Assembly: GCA_030390025.1 (NCBI GenBank)
Contig: CM059432.1
Span: 2,542,001 to 2,606,000 of the forward strand
Length of the DNA stretch: 64,000 nucleotides
Source of the DNA: Squalus acanthias
Lineage: Eukaryota
Direction of reading: 5' to 3'
A program made the position numbers and the translations under genes. The notes under the pieces are model-generated. The model had not been told where the DNA came from. It saw only the letters and a list, made by a program, of their open reading frames with translations, and searched no databases. Below are positions 36,578 to 46,981 of this stretch, piece after piece. Each line of letters starts with the position of its first letter. The first letter of the stretch is position 1.

Positions 36578-37757
36578 ATCATTAAACAACTAACGGGAGG
36601 AGGAGGCTCCATGAATATCCCCGTCCTCAATGATGGTGGAGCCCAGCACGTGAGTGCAAAAGACAAGGCTGAAGCGTTTGCAACCATCTTCAGCCAGAAG
36701 TGCCGAGTGGATGATCCATACCGGCCTCCTCCTGAGGTCCCCACCATCACAGAAGCCAGTCTTCAGCAAATTCGATTCACTCCACGGGATATCAAGAAAC
36801 AGTTGAGTGCACTGGATACAGCAAAGGCTGTGGACCGTGACTACATCTCGCTGTCGTGCTGAAGACTTGTGCAACAGAACTAGCCGCGCCTCTAGCCAAG
36901 CTGTTCCAGTACAGCTACAACACTGGCATCTATCCGACAATGTGGAAAACTGCCCAGGTATGTCCTGTCCACAAAGAGCAGGACAAATCCTGTCCGGCCA
37001 ATTACCGCCCCATCAGTCTACTCTCAATCAGCAGCAAAGTGACGGAAGGTGCCGTCGACAGTGCTATCAGGCAGCACTTACTCACCAATAACCTGCTCAC
37101 TGATGCCCAGTTTGGGTTCCGCCAAGACCACGCGGCTCCTGACCTCATTGCAGCCTTGGTCCAAACATGGACAAAGGAGCTGAATTCCAGAGATGAGGTG
37201 AGAGTGACTGCCCTTGACATCAAGGCAGCATTTGATCGAATGTGGCATCAAGGAGCCCGAGTAAAACTGAAGTCAATGGGAATCAGGGGGAAAACTCTCC
37301 ACTGGCTGGAGTCATACCTAGCACAAAGGAGGATGGTTGTGGTGATTGAAGGTCAATCATCTCAGCCACAAGACATCGCTGGAGGAGTTCCTCAGGGTAG
37401 TGTCCTCGGCCCAACCATCTTCAGCTGCTTCATCAATGACCTTCCCTCCAACATAAGGTCAGAAATGGGGATGTTTGCTGATGATTGCACAGTGTTCAGC
37501 GCCATTCACAACTCCTCAGATAATGAAGCAGTCCTTGCCCGCATGCAGCAAGACCTGGACGACATTCAGGCTTGGGCTGATAAGTGGCAGGTAACATTCG
37601 TGCCACACAAGTGCCAGGCAATGATCATCTCCAACAAGCAAGAGTCTAACCACCTCATCTTGACATGCAACGGTATTACCATTGCGGAATCTCCCACCGT
37701 CAACATCCTGGGGGTCACCATTGACCAGAAACTTAACTGGACCAGCCACATAAATAC
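36578..37757 (+). mobile_element. Family-B CR1-group LINE RT domain fragment (preceded by an L2 fragment at about 36365-36577)
   Basis: ORF 36856-37839: NYRPISLL, QFGFR, LDIKAAFDR, VPQGSVLGP, FADD. Confidence 0.9.
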
Positions 37758-38160
37758 AAAAAAGTCATGGACCTTTAGCAATACTTATGACCAGTTAACG
37801 ATATCAAAAAAGTCAAATGGCCATACAAACTCTCACTGACACAACTCTGATGTTGTAAAATGTTTTTGCTTCAAGGGGTATAGGAAGATTGAGAGGAATC
37901 GTTAAACACAAGCCCTGCTGTTGTAAATATTGCAATATTAAACTCGAACAGAGGTTTAGCAGTATAGTAATACAGCAATGCAGATTGGTTCGACCACACT
38001 CTGGAGTACTTCAACAGTTCTGGTCTCCAGATTACAAAAAGGATATAGAGGTACTGGAGAAGGTGCAAAAAAAGATTTACAAGCAGGATACCAGAGCTGA
38101 GAGGTTGCACCCATCAGGAAAGGATGAACAGGCTGGGGCTCTTTTCTTTAGAAAAGAGAA

Positions 38161-39203
38161 AGTAGTGAGTGAGGAGGACATAAAAAACCTGCAAGGGGAC
38201 ATAGACAGGCTAAGTAAGTGGGCAGAGATTTGGCAGATGGAATACAACACTGGAAAGTGTGAGGTGATGCACTTTGGCAGGAAAAATCCTAGAGCAATTT
38301 ATTATCTTAATGGCAAGAAACTGGAGAGTACTGAAGTGCAAAGGGATCTGGGGGTCCTGGTGCACGAAACTCAAAAGGTTAGTATGCAGGTGCAGCAAGT
38401 GATTAAGAAGGCAAATGGAATGTTGGCTTTCATTGCTAGGGGGATAGAATATAAAAATAGGGAGGTATTGCTTCAGTTGTACAAGGTATTGGTGAGACCG
38501 CACCTGGAATACTGCATACAGTTTTGGTGTCCTTACTTAAGGAAAGACATCCTTGCTCTCGAGGCAGTGCAAAAAAGGTTCACTCGGTTAATCCCGGGGA
38601 TGAGGGGGTGGTCATATGAGGAGAGGTTGGGTAGATTGGGACTCTACTCATTGGAGTTCAGAAGAATGAGAGGCGATCTTATTGAAACATATAAGATTGT
38701 GAAGGGGTTGGATCGGGTGGATGCGGGGAGGATGTTCCCGATGACGGGTGAGACGAGAACTAGGGGACATAGTCTTAGAATAAGGGGCTGCTCTTTCAAA
38801 ACTGAGATGAGGAGGAACTACTTCACTCAGAGGGTGGTAGGTCCATGGAATATGCTGCCACAAAAAGCTGTAGAAGCTACAACATTAATTAAATTTAAAA
38901 CAGAAATAGACAGTTTCCTAGAAGTAAAGGGCATTAAGGGTTACGGGGAGCGGGCAGGAATTTGGACATGAGTCTAGGTTCGGATCGGTCATGGCCCTGT
39001 GGGTAGTGGAGCGGGCCCAGGGACTGTGTAGCCTGATTCTGCTCCTATTTCGTGTGTGCAATTCTGTTAGATGCAGGAGATGGTTCTGTGATAGATAGTA
39101 GATTGGCGGTTAGGATCAGATCAGCCATGATCTTATTGAATGGCGGAGCAGGCTCGAGGGGCCGATTGGCCTACTCCTGCTCCTATTTCTTATGTTCTTA
39201 TGT
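38161..39203 (+). mobile_element. CR1 3' fragment (distinct subfamily) nested in an older CR1 (about 37975-40330)
   Basis: Open RT C-terminus to 38971. The host sequence GAAAAGAGAA|GGCTGAGGGG resumes at about 39206. Confidence 0.85.
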
Positions 39204-39274
39204 TAAGGCTGAGGGGTGACCTAATAGAGGTCTTTAAAATCATGAAAGGGTTTGATAGAGTGGATACAGAGAGT

Positions 39275-40017
39275 GGCCCAAAAATTAGTCTTGCTACGCG
39301 AGAGTACGCACTGTGTACTCTCGCGTATTCTGTCTCCAATTGCCGGTTTACTGCATGCACTGCGCATGCGCTGAAAACCAGCACTTGGTGATTTCAAAAG
39401 GGGGCGGTTCCTAGGTGAACCGCGTGCGCGCTACAGGCTGCGCGCACGCAGTGCACTTAGTGCTTTGAATGCGCAGGTAAGCATGGAAGATTTTGCACAT
39501 AAAGAAAGGAGGCGTAAGACCCTCTTTTAACAAGGTAAGTAGTTAATTAAGTATTATTTTGAATTTTTTTCAACAGGTATATCTTTTTTTGAGACTTTAA
39601 AGAAAGGTAAGTTTATTTTTATAACTTTTAAAAAGATTTTAAATTTTTTCAAAAATTTAATTTTTTGTTTAAAGTGGTTAATTTATTTAACTATACTTAT
39701 TTTATTAATGTGATGGTTTTTTTTTTAAATTTAATTGAGGTTTAGCTGTTCTTTTGGGGGGTATAGATTCATAGCTTTCACAGCACTTGTTGTGAAAGCT
39801 ATGAATGAAAGATGGTGTGCTGCCATTGGCTCTAACTGAATCATGTGATCCCACAGCTCGCACGAATTAACTGCGTCTGTGGGATACGGAAGCACTGCAC
39901 AGCTGCTGTCTAGAAACTCAAGTTCGTGCGAGCTCGGAATGAAAAGGCAGGCGCGCAGTGAGATATCGCGGGGAAGCCTTACCCCCGCACGAAGGCTCCG
40001 TCTTTAATTTCTGGGCC
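39275..40017. mobile_element. PIF/Harbinger-type MITE, copy 1 (743 bp)
   Basis: TIR GGCCCAAAAATTA / TAATTTCTGGGCC, 3-bp TSD AGT. Removing it restores the CR1 frame DTESVFPLVG. Confidence 0.75.
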
Positions 40018-40549
40018 AGTGTGTTTCCACTTGTGGGGAAGAGCATAACTAGAGGCCATCAATATAAGATAGTCACCAAGAAATCCAATGGGGAATTCAG
40101 GAGAAACTTCTTTACCCAGAGAGTGGTGAGAATGTGGAACTCACTACCACAGGGAGTGGTTGAGGCGAATAGCACAGATGCATTTATGGGGAATCTAGAT
40201 AAACACATGAGGGAGAAAGGAATAGAAGGTTATGCTGATAGGGTGAGATGAAGAGGGGTGGGAGGGGGCTCGTGTGGAGCATAAACACCGGCACGGACCA
40301 GTTGGGCCGAATGGCCTGTTTCAGTGCTGTAAATTCTATACAGTATTTACTAAACGGATATTTCCCGAGTTGCCTAAACTTTTGCCTGCATACTTCAGGA
40401 GATAAATCAGGAACAGCGTGTTCTGCAACACTGTAGTTTACATTATCGGATGGACGGTTATGAGAAAGCACTTTAAGCGCCTTCCCGCGAATGAAGCCGT
40501 GAGTCGTGGCCCATTCACTGTGGTGACTGGATACTTATTCAATCGCCTG

Positions 40550-41232
40550 CAGTCATACCTAGCACAAAGAAAGATGGCTGTAGTTGTTGGAGGCCAATCA
40601 TCACAGCCCCAGGACATCGCTGCAGGAGTTCCTCAGGGCAGTGTCCTAGGCCCAACCATCTTCAGCTGCTTCATCAATGACCTTCCCTCCATCATAAGGT
40701 CAGAAGTGGGGATGTTCGCTGATGACTGCACAGTGTTCAGTGCCATTCACAACTCCTCAGATAATGAAGCAGTCCATGCCCGCGTGCAACAAGACCTGGA
40801 CAACGTTCAGGCTTGGGCTGATAAGTGGCAGGTAACATTCGCGCCACACAAGTGCCAGGCAATGGCTATCTCCAACAAGAGATGGTGTAACCACTGCCCC
40901 TTGACATTCAACAGCATTACCATCACTGAATCCCCACCATCCTGGGGGTCACCATTGACCAGAGACTTAACTGGACCAGCCACATAAATACTGTGGCTAC
41001 AAGAGCAGGTCAGAGGCTAGGTATTCTGCAGCGAGTGTCTCACCTCCTGACTCCCCAAATCCTTTCCACCATCTACAAGGCACAAGTAAGGAGTGTGATG
41101 GAATACTCTCCACTTGCCTGGACGAGTGCAGCTCCAACAACACTCAAGAAGCTCGACACCATACAGGACAAAGCAGCCCGCTTGATTGGCACCCCATCCA
41201 CCACATCAAACATTCACTCCCTCCACCACCGG
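40550..41232 (+). mobile_element. Family-B LINE RT fragment
   Basis: SYLAQRKM..VPQGSVLGP..FADD..YKAQVRSVMEY. Confidence 0.85.
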
Positions 41233-42000
41233 CCCTTTCCCCGTAGCCCTGAAAAAAATTTTCCTTCAGGTACTTATCCAACTCCCTTTTGAAAGCCACG
41301 ATTGAGTCTGCCTCCACCACCCTTTCAGGCAATGCATTCCAGATCCTAACCACTCGCTGCGTAAAAAAGTTTTTCCTCATGTCGCCTTTGGTTCTTTTGC
41401 CAATCACCTTAAATCTGTGTCCTGTTTCTCGACCCTTCCGCCAATGGGAACAGTTTCCCTCTATCTACTCTGTCCAGACCCCTCATGATTTTGAACACCT
41501 CTATCAAATCTCCTCTCAACCTTCTCTGCTCCAAGGGGAACAACCCCAGCTTCTCCAGTCTATCCACGCAACTGAAGTCCCTCATCCTTGGAATCATTCT
41601 TGTAAATCTTTTCTGCACCCTCTCTAAGGCCTTCACATCCTTCCTAAAGTGAGGTGCCCAGAATTGGACACAATACTCCAGTTGAGGCCGAACCAGTGTT
41701 TTATACAGGTTCATCATCATTTCCATGCTTTTGTACTCCATGCCTCTATTCATGAAGCGGAGATGCCGGTGTTGGACTGGGGTGGACAAAAGTGAGAAGT
41801 CGCACAACACCAGGTTATAGTCCAACAGTTTTATTTGAAATCACAAGCTTTCGGAGCAGCTGCTCTTTCGTCAGGTGAAGTGAAGGAGCAGCGCTCCGAA
41901 AGCTTGTGATTTCAAATAAAACTGTTGGACTATAACCTGGTGTTGTGCGACTTCTCACTTCTATTCATGAAGCCCAGGATCCCGTAAGCTCTTTTAACTG
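41233..42000 (-). mobile_element. CR1 3' fragment interrupted by a Penelope-like fold-back element
   Basis: LYKTLVRPQLEYCVQFWAP...[14 protein letters not shown]. Confidence 0.85.
41758..41960. mobile_element. Fold-back short Penelope-like element (family 2) with a hammerhead at 41841-41878 (minus strand)
   Basis: Inverted arms of about 80 bp (41790-41870 and 41882-41960). Direct repeat CTATTCATGAAG at 41746-57 and 41961-72. Confidence 0.75.
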
Positions 42001-42350
42001 CTTTCTCAACCTTTTGACTACACTTCAAAAAGTACTTGATTGGCTGTAAAGCGACTTGGGATGTCCTGAGGTTGTGAAAGGTGCGACAGAAATGCAAGTT
42101 CATCCTTTCTTCAGTTCACTTGAAAATTTTAAGCTGCCATTGTCATCAGTAACCCGAGTCGGTGTGACCAACAGTTATCCATTTTAGACGTGCTCTTGAT
42201 ATTCTCTCTCAGGTTCTGCTCAGTGGTTTCCCCTGTAAGGGGATTCCACATCTGCTGGAATCAAAAGTTTACCTTTACTGTCAGAGATCGGGTCAGGCAA
42301 CAACAGAGCGTTCCTGGGAGGCGGAACAAGAGAACGCCCTAGTCATATCA

Positions 42351-42709
42351 GCAGCTGTTGATGATTCTGTTATTCCCATTGACACCTCCGCTAGAACCAT
42401 CCTTTGTTTCTTTACTTGTTCCATTACCATCTCCTGTCGCCTTGCACCATCATCCCTTTTGTCATTTAATCTTTCCTGCCTTCCACCCGATCACAGACCT
42501 TCCCTTTGTTCATTCCTCCCGCCTTTCCCTGCCCCTGCACTTGCTTAAAAACCTGTTACATCTCTAACTTTTTCCAGTTCTGACAAAGGGTCATCGACCT
42601 GAAACATTAACTCTGTTTCTCTCTCCACAGATGTTGCCTGACCTGCTGAGTATTTCCAGCATTTTCTGTTTCTATTTCAGATTTCCAGCATCTGCAGTAT
42701 TTTGCTTTT
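42351..42709 (+). mobile_element. Short Penelope-like element (family 1), degenerate hammerhead at 42576-42612
   Basis: 15-bp direct repeat GCCCTAGTCATATCA at 42336-50 and 42710-24. Same body as 32950-33216. Confidence 0.75.
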
Positions 42710-42830
42710 GCCCTAGTCATATCAACAGGGAACTGAGTTTGGATGATCAGCCATGATCTCATTGAATGGCGGAGCAGGCTCGAGGGGCTGAATGGCCGAC
42801 TCCTGCTCCTATCTTCTATGTTTCTATGTA

Positions 42831-43243
42831 CAGGAAACTTTCGTTTATCCGGCACCCAAATATCCGGAATTCTCGCTTAACCGGCAAAAATCATCCTCCG
42901 AAAACTCCTCTCAAATAACCGGCAATGTTGCCGAGTCGCAGTCGAGTCTCCGCGAACGCCGAGTGCTCCGAAAAATACTCTCAAATAACCGGCAATGTTG
43001 CCGATCCCGAGTCCGCGAACGCCGATTTAGTCAGTAGGGGTACTTTTCAAAAGTGCCACTACTCGGCCTCCTGGCGCTGTCGCAAGTCCGAAACATTGCA
43101 GTAGCTTGAATAGATTCTCCCGTGCTGCTTGGAGTCTCTTTGTTAAAAATAGCCTCGGTAGATATAACTCTCTGTTATCCGGTACTTTCGATAAACCGGC
43201 ACCACGCCGGTCCCGTCGATGCCGGATAAACGAAAGTTTCCTG
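42831..43243. mobile_element. Tc1/mariner (pogo/Tigger-type) MITE, 413 bp
   Basis: Perfect 24-bp TIR CAGGAAACTTTCGTTTATCCGGCA, TA on both sides, subterminal ATCCGG/AACCGG repeats. Confidence 0.88.
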
Positions 43244-43399
43244 TAACTGGTTACTGTAAACTCGCACGCATCAATCTCCCAAGAGGCAGAACTGATTCTC
43301 TAGTGGGACGAGGCCTGTGAAAAGTCACGGAGCCAGATTTAGACCTGACTCCACAGAGCAGCAATTCCAGACGTCTAACTCCTACTCTAATACATTCAC

Positions 43400-43833
43400 C
43401 CTCCAAGGGCTTGAACTTATCCGAAACTCTGCTTCCCTAATCCTAACTCGCACCAAGTCCCGTTCACCCGTCGCACCTGTGCTCCTGGCCCCGCAACGCC
43501 TCGATTTAAAAATTCTCATCCTCATTTTCAAATCGCCCCCCATCTCTGTAGCCTTCTCCAGTCTCTCAACCCTCCGTGATCTCTGCGCTCCTCCAACTCT
43601 GGCCTCTTGCGCATCCCCCGATTTTCATCGCCCCACCATTGGCGGCCGTGCCTTCAGCTGCCTGGGCCCCCGAGCGCTACCTCTCTTTTCTCCTTGAAGA
43701 TGCTCCTTAAAAACCAACCTCTTTCCTAATATCTCATGTGACTCGGTGTCATATTTTGCTCGCTAATCGCTCCGGTGAAGCGCCTTGGGACGTTTTACTA
43801 CGTTAAAGGCGCTGGATAAATACAAGTTGTTGT
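43400..43833 (+). mobile_element. L2 3' fragment
   Basis: LELIRNSA..ILTRTKSRSP..TIGGRAFSCLGP plus tail. Confidence 0.75.
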
Positions 43834-43957
43834 GTGGCACTAGGTGGACAAGGATAGTCCTGGAGCTGGTTCCTGGCTTGTCGTGAGTCAGTGACCCTGG
43901 TCACAGCAGCGCTGGGGGGCACTACTGAAAAACAATAGCAGCCACGGTTCTTGATTA

Positions 43958-44425
43958 AGAAAGAAAGACTTGCATTTCTATAGCACCTTTCACGACCACC
44001 GGACGTCCCAAAGCGCTTTACAGCCAATTAAGTACCTTTTGAAGTGTAGTCACTGTTGTAATGTAGGAAACGCGACAGCCAATTTGCGCACAGCAAGATC
44101 CCACAAACAGCAATGTGATCATGATCAGATCATCTGTTTTAGTGATGCTGATTGAGGGATAAATATTGGCCCAGGACACCGGGGAGAACTCTCCTGCTCT
44201 TCTTCAAATAGTGCCATGGGATCTTTTACGTCTACCTGAGAGGGCAGACGGGGCCTCGGTTTAATGTCACATCCGAAAGACGGCACCTCCGACACTGCAG
44301 CGCTCCCTCAGTACTGCACTGGAGCGTCAGCCTAGATTTTTGTGCTCAAGTCTCTGGAGTGGGACTTGAACCCACAACCTTCTGACTCAGAGGCGAGAGT
44401 GCTGCCCACTGAGCCACGGCTGACA
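43958..44425 (-). mobile_element. DeuSINE, full length
   Basis: Head, core and tail. Confidence 0.85.
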
Positions 44426-45640
44426 CTTTCAGGAATGTATGTGTACACAGAGATCGAGACTGGGCTCTGCTACGATGTTCCCTGCATCATAGCCCATTTG
44501 AACATGAAAACTGGCTACCTGATGACGGAGCACTGGGAGACTGCAAGCACCTGTGTAAACACAAATTAGTGCCTTTCGGAGAGATGGCGAGAAACTTAAT
44601 GCAGTTACAGCACAGAAGGAGGCCATTCGGCTCATCGTGCCTGTGCCGGCTCTTTGAAAGAGCTCTCCAATTAGTCCCACTCCCCGCTCTTTCCCCATAG
44701 CCCTGCACATTTTTTCCGTTTCAAGTATTTATCCAATTCCCTTTTGAAAGTCACGATTGAATCTGCTTCCACCGCCCTTTCAGGCAGCGCATTCCAGATC
44801 ACAACAACTCGCTGCGTAAAAAAAACTCTCATCTCCCCTCTGGTTCTTTTACCAATTATCTTAAATCTGTGTCCTCTGGTTACCGACCCTCCTGCCACTG
44901 GAAAAAGTTTCTCCTTATTTACTCCATCAAAACCCCTCATGATTTTGAACACCTCTATTAAATCTCCCCTTAACCTTCTCTGCTCTAAAGGAGCAAAATA
45001 CCAGCTTCTGGTTGGCAGACAGGAAGCAAAGAGTTGGAATAAATGGGTCTTTTTCCGAGTGGCAGGCAGTGACTAGTGGGGTACCGCAGGGATCGGTGCT
45101 AGGACCCCAGCTATTCACAATATATATTAATGATCTAGACGAGGGAACTAGATGTAATATCTCCAGGTTTGCAGATGACACAAAGCTGGGTGGGCGTGTG
45201 TGCTGTGAGGAGGATACAGAGAAACTCCAGGATGATTTGGACAAGTTGGGTGATTATACTGCATCTGCCATGCATCTGCCCAATGTGGATAAATGCGAGG
45301 TTATCCACTTTGGTGGCAAAAACAGGAAGGCAGATTATCTGAACGGCAATAGATTGGGAAAAGGGGAAGTGCAACGAGACCTGGGTGTCCTTGTGCACCA
45401 GTCGCTGAAGGTAAGCATGCAGGTGCAGCAGGCGGCTAAGGCGGCAAATGGTATGTTGGCCTTCATAGCGAGAGGATTCGAGTACAGGAGCAAGGATGTC
45501 TTGCTGCAGTTGTACAGGGCCTTGGTGAGACCACATCTTGAGTATTGTGTGCAGTTTTGGTCACCTTATCTGAGGAAGGATGTTCTTGCCATGGAGGGAG
45601 TGCAGCGAAGATTCACCAGACTGATACCTGGGATGGCAGG

Positions 45641-46032
45641 TGTCGTAAGAATGAGCCTTACGCGTGGTGAACTTAAAGTAAGCTTTAATCAACTAAAAAG
45701 GTGCTACATACAAAAGAGGTTGTGGTAACACAATACAGCTTCCTGTGACTCGAACTTTATTGCATCACTTCCTGTGATTAGTCCAGGATAAATACTGGAC
45801 TGATCAGTTGGATCCGGGAGAGGTAGAGTAAGACCTCTTTTGTATGTAGCACCTTTTTTAGTTGATTAAAGCTTACTTTAAGTTCACCACGTGTAAGGCT
45901 CATTCTTACGACAGAGGTCTTACTCTATGCCTCTCCAGGATCCAACTGATCAGTCCAGTATTTATCCTGGACTAATCACAGGAAGTGATGCAATAAAGTT
46001 CGAGTCACAGGAAGCTGTATTGTGTTACCACA
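45641..46032 (-). mobile_element. Solo LTR-like element (194 bp) split by a copy of itself
   Basis: TGT...ACA termini, TSD GCAGG at 45636-40 and 46033-37. Confidence 0.8.
45721..45913 (+). mobile_element. Solo LTR-like element (193 bp), inner copy
   Basis: TGTGGTAA...TTACGACA, TSD GAGGT at 45716-20 and 45914-18, GATAAATA and ATTAAA signals. Confidence 0.82.
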
Positions 46033-46827
46033 GCAGGAATGACGTATGAGGAGAGATTGGGTCGATTAGGCTTATACTCGCTGGAGTTTAGAAGAATGAG
46101 AGGGGATCTCATTGAAACTTATAAAATTCTAACAGGACTAGACAGACTAGATGCAGGAAGGATGTTCCCGATGGTCGGGGAGTCCAGAACCAGGGGTCAT
46201 AGTCTAAGGATAAGGGGTAAGCCATTTAGGACTGAGATGAGGAGGAATTTCTTCACTCAGAGAGTGGTGAACCTGTGGAATTCTCTACCACAGAAGGCAG
46301 TTGAGGCCAATTCATTAAATATATTCAAGAAGGAGTTAGATATATTTCTTAAGGCTAAAGGGATATGGGGAGAAAGCAGGGACAGGGTACTGAATTTGGA
46401 TGATCAGCCATGATCTCATTAAATGGCGGAGCAGGCTCGAGGGGCCGAATGGCCTACTCCTGCTCCTATCTTCTATGTTTCTATGTTGCTCCAGTCTCGC
46501 CACACAACCAAAGTCTCTCAGGTAGGGAACTTTTTTTCTAGACTGTGCAGGAATCTAGGGAGGAACTTCTAACACAACCTGACCAGGAGGCGTACAAGTC
46601 TTTCACCTTGCATATTATCCAAAATTAGTCAGCTGGCTCGGTTTAGCATGTTCCTTGCACAAATACTGTCGGAGCTAAAGCAAAGCTAGAGGGCAGTTTG
46701 ATCAACACCAACCCAGGCCAGAAGGTTCTGGAACCCTCGGACGCGAGACTTTCCCTCAGGCTTGCCCCACGAGGTCATTCGGTTGCTAAGTAACAAGGAC
46801 GCCCAATAGCACGCTTTAAGAACTCAC

Positions 46828-46981
46828 CAGGCATCTGCCCGTTCATCTGGTTTTGCATGTGTGAGGCAGGGGGACCCCCTCCTACCATACTGTCCGCAGC
46901 CATGGCGTGTGCGTGAGGGAGCTGGTTCATTCCGCTCTGGTTCATGCCCCCTGGTCCCAATGGCATGGTCTGTGTGGGAGG
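46828..46981 (-). CDS. SS18: SS18 coding exon (human exon 4 equivalent), 154 nt
   Basis: tag|CCT CCC ACA CAG ACC ATG...ATG CCT G|gtgag. Encodes PPTQTMPLGPGGMNQSGMNQLPHAHAMAADSMVGGGPPASHMQNQMNGQMP. Confidence 0.96.

Larger units (their letters stand above)
45008..46486 (+). mobile_element. Young CR1 3' part, interrupted by nested LTRs and a micro-inversion
   Basis: ORFs 45012-45728 and 46039-46413 join (IPGMAG|MTYEERL) when 45641-46037 is removed. Confidence 0.92.
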
